Shown: piece by piece, positions 1 through 7,818 of the stretch
How positions within the stretch are numbered: position 1 is the first letter of the stretch
How the letters are laid out: the number at the start of each line of letters is the position of its first letter
DNA from: an uncultured bacterium
GTDB taxonomy: Bacteria; Hydrogenedentota; Hydrogenedentia; Hydrogenedentales; JAEUWI01
Direction: 5' to 3'
DNA length: 28,843 nt
Assembly: GCA_963977445.1 (NCBI GenBank)
Contig: CAXBPH010000064.1
Coordinates: forward strand, 1 to 28,843
Program-made: the position numbers and the translations under genes
The notes under the pieces: generated by a model
Databases searched by the model: none
The model's input: the letters and a program-made list of their open reading frames with translations, nothing else
What the model was told of the DNA's origin: nothing

Positions 1-23
1 GGACCCAACCCATCCAAGGGCCC

Positions 24-90
24 TTTGACAGTCGGGGCCGTCCCCCTGAGTGACAATTTACCCTCGGGGGGAACAGCCCCGACTGTTAAA
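24..90. repeat. Long imperfect inverted repeat (REP/REPIN-like hairpin)
   Basis: TTTGACAGTCGGGGC (24-38) is the reverse complement of GCCCCGACTGTTAAA (76-90) with one wobble; pairing continues inward (CCCCCTGAG / CTCGGGGGG). Confidence 0.8.
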
Positions 91-106
91 CTCCTCTACG
101 CTACCC

Positions 107-451
107 TCATCCTCTTCCGGCACCAAAACTCAGCCGGACCACAGGTGCCCCGTCGCTTGCGCCCCGCACGGTCAACTGACTGGCACTCAGACCGGCCGCC
201 AGATCGACCCGGCTTGCCTGGTCACGACGAAAAGAAACGGGTGCCGACGGCTCTTTTTCGTCGACGAAACAGCACCATCGCTCCGTAAGAATCAGCCAGT
301 GCGCGCAACCCTGGAGGGCGGTGTCGAGATCAGCAAAGGCGTAGACGACGACGGGATCACCATCGGTCTCGTTGGCGACAAGCTGTGCGACCGGTTCGGG
401 CAAGGCAGGTGGCTGCCCGATATAGTGATGCAATCGTTTGTCGCTCTTCAT
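107..451 (-). pseudogene. Probable truncated gene; resembles the N-terminal extension of DUF1854-associated ABC transporters
   Basis: 114-aa ORF with motifs YIGQPPALP, VVVYAFADLD..L and GLSASQLTV, recalled as similar to the N-terminus of much longer ABC transporter proteins; it stops abruptly (RLSF-GAGRG*) just before the 24-90 hairpin. Family call is from memory, not searched. Confidence 0.45.
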
Positions 452-541
452 TGGTCTGGGTGTCCGCCTGACTGCCGTGATATTGAATGTTCATTTTGCA
501 CCCTATGCAAGGGTATGCGCACTATAACGCATCAAAACTGA

Positions 542-575
542 AAGGCCAGGTGGTATTAATTTACCACCTGGCCTT
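542..575 (-). terminator. Intrinsic terminator-like hairpin
   Basis: Perfect 14-bp stem AAGGCCAGGTGGTA / TACCACCTGGCCTT with a 6-nt loop; T-rich tail on the minus strand, downstream of the cold-shock gene. Confidence 0.75.
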
Positions 576-885
576 GAGGAAATCAGTGTATACATCGACC
601 GGGGCCAATGGAATCTCGCCGAGCGCCTGACGTGTTCAAGTGCCCAATACTACCAACACTCATTTTCGCAACCGCGCACCACACAAGCGTGACTTGGAAT
701 TCGACGGGTTTCCACCAAACCGTTACAGATTCTTATATCAAACTCGTATGTTGCAGTATTTATCTTCGACGATGTGGTCTATCTGCGAGGGCGGGTGAGA
801 AGAGCTTCACCACCAGCCCCTATACTTAAATTCAGATTGTCCACAGGATACACGGATTAAACTGACATTGACGAAGATGCACCAA

Positions 886-1086
886 TTAGGCGGGGCGAAC
901 TTCCTTGGCTTCCGGTCCTTTGCGACCTTGGCCAACTTCGAAGGAAACGCGCTGGCCTTCGGTCAGCAGTCCTTCAGAAGGGTCGACGTTGGAGATGTGA
1001 ATGAACACATCATCGCCACCGTCGTCAGGGTTGATAAAACCAAAACCTTTTTGCTCATTGAAGAATTTTACGGTACCTGTGGGCAT
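886..1086 (-). CDS. cspA: Cold-shock protein (CspA family)
   Basis: 66 aa; GTVKFFN, RNP1 KGFGFI and RNP2 VFIH motifs; purine-rich RBS (AAAGGAAAAG) upstream. Exact paralog name uncertain. Confidence 0.95.
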   Translation of the reverse strand: MPTGTVKFFNEQKGFGFINPDDGGDDVFIHISNVDPSEGLLTEGQRVSFEVGQGRKGPEAKEVRPA

Positions 1087-1172
1087 TTTCTTTTCCTTTG
1101 CATTCGGGTGATGTCATTGGGGAACACTGGTCAGATACGCTGGTGGAACGCTTATCTGATTCATTCGAAAAT

Positions 1173-1181
1173 AGTGTAGCA
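1173..1181 (-). promoter_or_regulatory. Possible extended -10 promoter of the cold-shock gene
   Basis: TGcTACACT on the minus strand about 90 nt upstream of the csp start, in an AT-rich context. Confidence 0.35.
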
Positions 1182-1228
1182 ATAATTATCACAGGTTACC
1201 AGCACTTTTATAAGGACGTCAGACCGAC

Positions 1229-2347
1229 TCAGCGCTCCTCCAGTGGGGGGACAGGACGGGCCTTGTGTCCCGTATAAATACTCAGCGGACGATAGATTCG
1301 GTTGTTCCGTGCCTGCTCCACGATATGTGCCGTCCATCCCGTTACCCGGGCGGCAACAAAGAGGGGCGTATACAAATCCAGCGGGAGTCCCAGCAGGTAA
1401 TAGGTCAGCCCACACGGGTAATCCACGTTGGGGTATATCTTCTTGTCTTCCACCATGGGTTTCTTGATGGCATCATAGATTTCCATCCAGCGACCTTCCC
1501 CTTTTTGCTCTGCGAGTAGGCGAAGTTTCTTCTCCAGAATCACCGCGCGATGGTCGCCGTATTTGTAGACCCGATGCCCAAACCCCATGACCTTCTCTTT
1601 ATGTTCCAGGGCCTGGTCAATCCAATCGCGGGCCTCGTCGGCTGTCGAAAAACGTTGTAGCATCTCCATGGCCGCTTCGTTGGCACCTCCGTGGAGCGGG
1701 CCCTTCAGCGCACCAATTGCCCCGGTCACCCCGGATACCATGTCGGACAAGGTTGAGCAGACGACCAGCCCCGCAAAGGTGCTCGCGTTAAAGTCATGCT
1801 CGGCATAAAGTACCAGCGTCAGGTCGATGAGCTCGGCCGACAATGCGTCGGGCACCTCTCCGTGGCACTGATAAAGGATCTGGGCGGCATGACTCAATCC
1901 CTCCCGGGGGGCAAGGGGTTCTTTTCCATTGAGGAGGCGATAACGTGCGGCAATGATTCCACCGATCTGTGCTGTGAGCCAGAGTGCCCGTTGCCGATTT
2001 GCGGCCTCGTCGTGGCCGTCTACGGGGTCAAAATGGCCGGTGAAAGAAACCATGCTGCGGAGCACATCCATCATGGGGACCGGGTGGGGGATAGCGCGCA
2101 GGGCGTCGAGCAAGGCCACCGGAAGGGTGCGATAGGAGTCGAGGGTCTGCTTCAGGGTGTCGAGTTCTGATTTCGTGGGCAGGTTTTCGAAGAGCAACAG
2201 ATGGGCGACCTCTTCGAAACACACCGTCTCAGCGAGGTCCTGTATCGTATAGCCCCGATAGAGCAACTTGCCCTGATCAACGCAGGCAATGGACGTTTCA
2301 CCGGCGATGACGCCCGCCAGGCCCGGACTGTAGTTTTCTTCACTCAT
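1229..2347 (-). CDS. prpC: 2-methylcitrate synthase / citrate synthase family
   Basis: GLAGV, LLYRGY, YAEHDFNASTF, LKGPLHGGANE, GFGHRVY, YPNVD motifs; adjacent to prpB. Start set to MSEENY (2347), which has a GAAGGAG RBS. Confidence 0.88.
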   Translation of the reverse strand: MSEENYSPGLAGVIAGETSIACVDQGKLLYRGYTIQDLAETVCFEEVAHLLLFENLPTKSELDTLKQTLDSYRTLPVALLDALRAIPHPVPMMDVLRSMVSFTGHFDPVDGHDEAANRQRALWLTAQIGGIIAARYRLLNGKEPLAPREGLSHAAQILYQCHGEVPDALSAELIDLTLVLYAEHDFNASTFAGLVVCSTLSDMVSGVTGAIGALKGPLHGGANEAAMEMLQRFSTADEARDWIDQALEHKEKVMGFGHRVYKYGDHRAVILEKKLRLLAEQKGEGRWMEIYDAIKKPMVEDKKIYPNVDYPCGLTYYLLGLPLDLYTPLFVAARVTGWTAHIVEQARNNRIYRPLSIYTGHKARPVPPLEER

Positions 2348-2444
2348 CCTGCTCTCCTTCAATGGCTGACAAAACGTACAGCCGGACAATGCGGCGAGGT
2401 GCCCCTGCACCACGGGCTCTATAGATTTCTCTTGTATCGTTTAA

Positions 2445-3302
2445 TTACGTGTTTACGGTGGCCTCATAACCAAGGAGGTCATAGAGTGCCTGGCGGGTCT
2501 GCATTTGATCGAGGCAGCCACGGGGCGTGCCCGACGTTTTTATTTCAGCCAGAACCGATTCCATGGCGTGCATGGCCGCGCGCTGTAAGGTGACGGGAAA
2601 GATTACCAGGTTGTATCCCATGTCATCGAGCTCGGAAACCGTGAACGAAGGTGAGGTTCCAAATTCTGTCATATTCGCCAGGAGCAGGGCGTCCACGTCC
2701 GCCGAAAAACGCCGAAACTCTTCCTCGTTCTTCAGGGCTTCTGGAAAAATCATATCGGCACCCGCCTCAAGGTAGCGGTGGGCCCGGGCGACGGCGTCGT
2801 CATAGCCGGTCACGCCACGGGCATCAGTGCGCGCGATAAGAAGAAAATCATCGGAAGGTTTGGCCGCTGCTGCGGCCGCTATTTTTTCGCAGAAGTCATC
2901 CACGGGCACCAGTTCTTTTCCGGCGAGATGACCACAACGCTTCGGAAAAACCTGGTCTTCCAGATGGAGCCCACTCGCCCCGGCCGCCGCCAGCGTCGTG
3001 ACCGTGCGCACGGTGTTTTCTACTTCACCAAAGCCCGTATCGGCATCGACTATAAGTGGCAGGGTACACGCGTTCGCAATGTTGCGGGTGTGCTGTTCCG
3101 ATTCGGTCAGGGTCATGAGTCCCGTGTCGGGGCGTCCGCCTACCGAATTGGCGAGCACGGCCCCCGAAAGATAGGCGGCTTCGAAGCCCATCTGTTCAAT
3201 CAGCCGCGCGCTCAGCGCATTGATGGCACCGGGCAGGGCAACCGCACCTCGCTCCAATCGCGTCCGAAGTCGGAGCGTGCGTTCGTGTGTTTTAAAAGAC
3301 AT
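2445..3302 (-). CDS. prpB: 2-methylisocitrate lyase
   Basis: YLSGA, DADTGFG, LEDQVFPKRCGH, ARTDA, ADMIFPEAL, ANMTEFG motifs of the ICL/PEP mutase family. Start at 3302 fits AAGGA spacing (3311 is the alternative). Confidence 0.9.
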   Translation of the reverse strand: MSFKTHERTLRLRTRLERGAVALPGAINALSARLIEQMGFEAAYLSGAVLANSVGGRPDTGLMTLTESEQHTRNIANACTLPLIVDADTGFGEVENTVRTVTTLAAAGASGLHLEDQVFPKRCGHLAGKELVPVDDFCEKIAAAAAAKPSDDFLLIARTDARGVTGYDDAVARAHRYLEAGADMIFPEALKNEEEFRRFSADVDALLLANMTEFGTSPSFTVSELDDMGYNLVIFPVTLQRAAMHAMESVLAEIKTSGTPRGCLDQMQTRQALYDLLGYEATVNT

Positions 3303-3473
3303 AGTCAACATTCCTTTTGGGGAAATGGTTCAGCGACTATCCTTCAGCCTGCCTGTCAATCAAGTCGACTGTCAAGGGTTGGGCTATTGTAGTTTTCAAT
3401 AGTGAGTATGCATCGTGTCTGACAACACCGGTCGTCGTCGTACTTTCAGGGTGGTCGCCTTGTTGGATGCGTG

Positions 3474-4640
3474 TTATTCGGCGGTTGCCCGATTGCCCGG
3501 CGCTGTCCAGGTGAAATCCGGAGTCAGCTCGGGAAAGGGAGCCTTTTGTAAACTTTCGTGCAGGGGCTTCTTCCGAAAAACATGGTCGGCTACGTCAAGA
3601 AGTACGTCGAAATCTTCCGCCAATTGGTCATGTCCTCCGTCGCGAAAATGAATCATGTTGTTGGCGGACACACCTGAGAAATCGAAAACAGGCTGGGCAC
3701 CTTGCCAGGCAATTTGGGTGCCCTGGGGATTGCACCATTTGTCGCCATAGGCATCGGTGCTCAGGACGGTACGGGGTGCAACAAGGGCGCGAAGAAAATG
3801 CTGGTCAAAGGGCAGCGCGTTTTCCCGGTCGGCGAATCGCCCGAAATCATCCTGAAACCAGCTCTTGAAACGCTTGGCCTGCGTAATGAGTTCGAGGGTC
3901 TCTACGCCCTTGGGGGGATTGCGGAAGCTCGCCGCACCGCCTGCACCCGAACCGTTGGGCACCACCAGGGCAAAGCGTTCGTCCAGCGCCCCCGCGAGCA
4001 GCGCGGCCTTGCCCGTCCGTGAATGACCGGTGATGACGGCCTTGGCGACGTCGATTTCGTCGACGGTCTCCAGGTAGTCGAGCACACGGGAGGAACACCA
4101 GGCCCATACCGCCACACTGGCCCAATCGTAGTCGGGATAGGCGAGCTGGGCAGGGCCCACCACATCATGGCCTTCCGTATCGGGGTCGAGCATCGTCTGC
4201 TCAAAACAGACAAAGGCGTAGCCCCGTTCGTTGGCGGCCTGGGCATGCTCACCGCCGAGACCAAAACGCAATATAACCGGCAGGGGACGGGCTGCGTCTA
4301 CAGGCATATAGAGGTGCACCGTCGTTTCGAGGGCATGTTCCGGGCCAAACTTAATCTTGCGCGCTGTGAATTGGGTCTTCTCGTCGAAACGCGTCCCAGC
4401 CTCCAAAGACTCACCGGAAACCACATTTTCCGGCGACGGCGGAACATGGCCATACTCATTGGCCAGCAGAACTTCCGCAATCTCAGCCCGACGGACCTGC
4501 CAATCAGCAGCAGTCCCCACGGTCCCGCCTCTGTTAAGTAGAAATGGATTGGGCAACAGATTGTTTTCTGAACTTACCTCGCCCACAGCAGCGGCAAGGC
4601 TCCCCACGAGAAAACAAACAGCGATTAACAGATGGTGCAT
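3474..4640 (-). CDS. Secreted glucuronoyl-esterase-like alpha/beta hydrolase (CE15-like)
   Basis: Signal-peptide-like N-terminus; GHSRTGKAALLAGA nucleophile motif, WAW..SRVLDYL, LPFDQHFL.ALVAPR, GGH. Confidence 0.8.
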   Translation of the reverse strand: MHHLLIAVCFLVGSLAAAVGEVSSENNLLPNPFLLNRGGTVGTAADWQVRRAEIAEVLLANEYGHVPPSPENVVSGESLEAGTRFDEKTQFTARKIKFGPEHALETTVHLYMPVDAARPLPVILRFGLGGEHAQAANERGYAFVCFEQTMLDPDTEGHDVVGPAQLAYPDYDWASVAVWAWCSSRVLDYLETVDEIDVAKAVITGHSRTGKAALLAGALDERFALVVPNGSGAGGAASFRNPPKGVETLELITQAKRFKSWFQDDFGRFADRENALPFDQHFLRALVAPRTVLSTDAYGDKWCNPQGTQIAWQGAQPVFDFSGVSANNMIHFRDGGHDQLAEDFDVLLDVADHVFRKKPLHESLQKAPFPELTPDFTWTAPGNRATAE

Positions 4641-4719
4641 ACGTATACTTCCTTTCGACGAACCCCCAACAACAAATCATCGTCATATAATACGCCATGA
4701 CAGAACACCGGTACCAACG

Positions 4720-5424
4720 CCACCGAAGAAATTCCCAAACAGGATCTTAGACATTCCTGTCTGAGACAAGGCCCACTTCCGACCCAAAGCGACCCACAAC
4801 GCTGAGACACGTCGTCGCGCCCACCGAAGGGATTCCCAACAGGAGCTTAGGCATTCTTGCCTGAGGCAAGGCCCACTTCCGACCCAAAGCTACCCACAAC
4901 GCTGAGACACGTCGTCGTGCCCACCGAAGGATTTCCCCACAGGGGCTTGGGCATACTTGCCCGAGACAAGGCCCACTTCCGCCTCAAAGCTAACCACAAC
5001 GCTGAGGCATCCCGTCGCACCCACCGAAGGGATTCCCAACAGGAGCTTAGGCATTCTTGCCTGAGGCAAGGCCCACTTCCGACCCAAAGCTACCCACAAC
5101 GCTGAGACACGTCGTCGTGCCCACCGAAGGATTTCCCCACAGGGGCTTGGGCATACTTGCCCGAGACAAGGCCCACTTCCACCTCAAAGCAAACCACAAC
5201 GCTGAGACACGTCGTCGCACCCACCGAAGGGATTCCCAACAGGAGCTTAGGCATTCCTGCCTGAGACAAAGCACACTTCCGCCTCAAAGCTAACCACAAC
5301 GCTGAGGCATCCCGTCGCGCCCACCAAAGGAATTCGCCAACAGGAGCTTAGGCATTCTTGCCTGAGACAAGGCACACTTCCGACCCACAGCAACCCACAA
5401 CGCTGAGGCATCCCGTCGCGCCCA
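4720..5424. repeat. Tandem array of seven ~100-bp units, each with a GGAG-led REP-like hairpin
   Basis: Units begin CCACCGAAG (CCACCAAAG in the last) at 4720, 4821, 4921, 5021, 5121, 5221, 5321; hairpins CTTAGGCA-N4-TGCCTGAG or variants at 4746, 4846, 4946, 5046, 5146, 5246, 5347. Confidence 0.95.
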
Positions 5425-5437
5425 GCAAAGAAACCAC

Positions 5438-6883
5438 TCAAGCCATAATCTCTTTAATCACATGCCCATGAACATCGGTCAAGCGCCGGTCAATCCCATT
5501 GTGCAACACCGTAAGGCGCTCATGATCAATGCCCAACAAATGCATCACCGTGGCGTGGAGATCATAGCCATAGGTAACGTTCTCCTCCGCCTTATACGAC
5601 CACTCGTCACTCGCCCCATGAATCGCGCCCCCCTTAATGCCGCCGCCAGCAACCCAGGAGGTAAACGTGAAGGGATTGTGATCACGACCCGCACTACCCT
5701 GACTGCATGGCATGCGCCCGAACTCGGTGGTCCAAATCACGATGGTGTCATCGAGCATGCCCCGCGACTTGAGATCCTTCAGCAATGCGGCCGCAGGTTT
5801 ATCCATGCTGGCCGCCATCTCGCCATGATCTTTCTCGATGTCTTCGTGGGAATCCCAATTGCGACGGGGGAAGGCATTGTCCGCACCACTCCAGACCTGC
5901 ACAAAACGCGTACCCCGCTCCAGGAGTCGGCGTGCCACAAGGCAGTTTCGACCGAAGTCTTCCGTGATGGGACTGTCGAGGCCATAGAGTTTCTTGGTGG
6001 CATCTGTTTCGCCGGTGAGGTCCATCACTTCCGGTGCCGTCACCTGCAGGCGGGCCGCCATTTCATAGCTCTGGATGCGCGCGTCGAGGCGTGAGTCACC
6101 CGCACGGTCGGCCATATGCATCTTATTCAACGAGGCCAGGACGGACAGGCCCTCGGCATCGTTTTCCGGGGTTACATATTCACCCTGCGGTGGAAAGAGA
6201 TCGGCGATAGGATTTTTTCGCGCGGGCTGAATCAAGGTGCCCTGGAAGTTGGACGGCAGAAAGCCCGGTCCCCAGTTTTTTGGGCCGCCCGGGCCAAAGC
6301 CACGGGCATCGGGAAGCACCACGAACGTAGGCAGGTTGTCCGTTTCGCTGCCGAGGCCATAACTCACCCAGGAGCCGATACTCGGAAAGCCCGGGAGAAT
6401 GAATCCCGTCGTCTGCATGAAGGTAGCCGGGCCATGGACGTTGGACTTGGCGACCATGGCGGGCAGGAAAGCCATGTCGTCCACACAGTCGGCAAGATGG
6501 GGCACGAGGCCACTCATCCACTTGCCGCTTTCGCCATATTGTTTCCATTCCCAGGGGGAGGGCATAACGACGCCCGCTTCACTTTGGAAGAGCTCCACCT
6601 TACCGCCCGGGTCAAAGGGCTGACCCGCGCGCTTGATGAGTTCAGGCTTGTAGTCGTAGGTGTCGCACTGGCTCGCCGCACCCGACATGAAAAGCTGGAT
6701 GACCCGCTTGGCTTTTGGGGCGTGATGGAGACCATCCGGCAGGGCGGGCGTCGCGCTGGCGAGCATACCTTCCCGATTGAGCATGTGTGCGAGGGCAATG
6801 CCCCCCAGACCACCACCGGAATTCCAAAGAAACTCACGGCGGCTCATGGAACGTGTTGGCTTATGTTTCTGGTCGAATTTCAT
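5438..6883 (-). CDS. DUF1501 domain protein (sulfatase-like, Tat-exported)
   Basis: Twin-arginine SRREFL; KAKRVIQLFMSGAASQ.DTYDYKP, YEMAARLQ, ARRLLERG.RFVQ, EFGR.P, GRDH, RLTDVHG motifs; usual partner of DUF1553 genes. Confidence 0.9.
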   Translation of the reverse strand: MKFDQKHKPTRSMSRREFLWNSGGGLGGIALAHMLNREGMLASATPALPDGLHHAPKAKRVIQLFMSGAASQCDTYDYKPELIKRAGQPFDPGGKVELFQSEAGVVMPSPWEWKQYGESGKWMSGLVPHLADCVDDMAFLPAMVAKSNVHGPATFMQTTGFILPGFPSIGSWVSYGLGSETDNLPTFVVLPDARGFGPGGPKNWGPGFLPSNFQGTLIQPARKNPIADLFPPQGEYVTPENDAEGLSVLASLNKMHMADRAGDSRLDARIQSYEMAARLQVTAPEVMDLTGETDATKKLYGLDSPITEDFGRNCLVARRLLERGTRFVQVWSGADNAFPRRNWDSHEDIEKDHGEMAASMDKPAAALLKDLKSRGMLDDTIVIWTTEFGRMPCSQGSAGRDHNPFTFTSWVAGGGIKGGAIHGASDEWSYKAEENVTYGYDLHATVMHLLGIDHERLTVLHNGIDRRLTDVHGHVIKEIMA

Positions 6884-6946
6884 AATGTAACAATCTCGCT
6901 AAGTTAAACAGGGGCCGGGGTCCCTGAGAGTATATAAAATTTTTTC

Positions 6947-7143
6947 ACCACGAAGGACACGAAGAGCACGAAGGAAGAAAAGAAGGAAAAGCGAATTGAC
7001 CTAAGACTTTTCCACAGCGCAACGAACATATTTTATAAATGTTTTGTCTCATACTTTCGGTTTCGCTCTCATTTTACAATCGGCTTTTGAGGAAAAAACA
7101 CAATCCTTCTTTTTTTCTTCGTGCTCTTCGTGTTCTTCGTGGT
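6947..7143. repeat. Inverted-repeat doublet 1 of the (NNCACGAAG)x3 motif
   Basis: ACCACGAAG-GACACGAAG-AGCACGAAG at 6947-6973 and its reverse complement (one mismatch) at 7117-7143; 143-nt AT-rich spacer. Confidence 0.95.
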
Positions 7144-7167
7144 AGAAAGTTCTTTTATATCTGGCGC

Positions 7168-7539
7168 TTAGAGCACCATCCTTTCAATGCCATCCTTCAA
7201 TTTAACCACATTAAAATTCATCAACAATCCGGTTGCCTTGCCAGACAGCTTCATATACGTCAACAATTGCGCGTCATGGATAGGCAATAAAGTGGCTACG
7301 CTCTTCAGCTCAACAACCAATAGCTCATCAACGAGTATATCGATTCGATATCCGCATTCCACTTCGAGGCCTTTGTAGTGAACCTTTACGACCGACTCTA
7401 CGGCGTGGGGAATGCCCTGAAGGTTTAGCTCATGAGAAAAACAATTCTTGTACGTCGATTCCAACAGTCCCGGGCCGAGCTCTTTGTGAACTTCAATGCC
7501 ACACCCGATTACACGACGAGACAATTGGTCGAATTCCAT
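7168..7539 (-). CDS. GxxExxY protein (PD-(D/E)XK nuclease superfamily)
   Basis: 123 aa; EVHKELGPGLLESTY (GxxExxY), YRIDILVD, VVELKSV (D...ExK), AQLLTYMKL, GLLMNFN; GGGGAAGG RBS. Confidence 0.95.
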   Translation of the reverse strand: MEFDQLSRRVIGCGIEVHKELGPGLLESTYKNCFSHELNLQGIPHAVESVVKVHYKGLEVECGYRIDILVDELLVVELKSVATLLPIHDAQLLTYMKLSGKATGLLMNFNVVKLKDGIERMVL

Positions 7540-7595
7540 GTGCCTTCCCCTTATTGGTAAAGAACGGTTTAAATTTATGGTCTAAAAGTAGATTA

Positions 7596-7804
7596 ACCAC
7601 GAAGAACACGAAGAGCACGAAGAATGAAAAGAAAAAAAGGCAGGTCTTCCTGACGTTGCTCCACAGCATTATGGTACTGTTGTCTCCTTCTTTCTAATAC
7701 TTATATTCTTTCGATATCCAATCCTGATTCGTCTTCTACATTGGCAGAAATAAACCACATAAAATCTTCTCTTCTTCCTTCGTGCTCTTCGTGTTCTTCG
7801 TGGT
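7596..7804. repeat. Inverted-repeat doublet 2 of the (NNCACGAAG)x3 motif
   Basis: ACCACGAAG-AACACGAAG-AGCACGAAG at 7596-7622 and its exact reverse complement at 7778-7804; 155-nt spacer. Confidence 0.95.
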
Positions 7805-7818
7805 GAAATACTTTGTCC

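Larger units (their letters stand above)
6943..7808 (-). mobile_element. Putative GxxExxY nuclease cassette bounded by inverted repeats
   Basis: Outer arms TTTCACCACGAAGGACACGAAGAGCACGAAGGAAGA (6943-6978) and the reverse complement of 7773-7808 match at 35/36 nt; AT-rich; sits between DUF1553 and DUF1501 genes. Mobility is inferred. Confidence 0.55.

Noticed and set aside
100..125. Group II intron 5' end interrupting the 107-451 ORF
   Set aside because: The minus-strand junction reads GTGCC, not GTGYG, and too little sequence is visible to support intron domains.
837..845. DnaA-box-like TTGTCCACA suggesting oriC
   Set aside because: A single imperfect box, with no cluster and no replication genes nearby.
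4720..5424. CRISPR array
   Set aside because: The whole 100-bp unit repeats, there are no unique spacers, and no cas genes are in the window.
4625..5441. Short ORFs across the tandem array
   Set aside because: The period is not a multiple of 3 and the ORFs recur in shifting frames on both strands, so they are by-products of the repeat.
7039..7290. ORFs containing FLRALRVLRG / FFVLFVSFVV peptides (also around 18000-18600)
   Set aside because: These are translations of the CACGAAG repeat, not genes.
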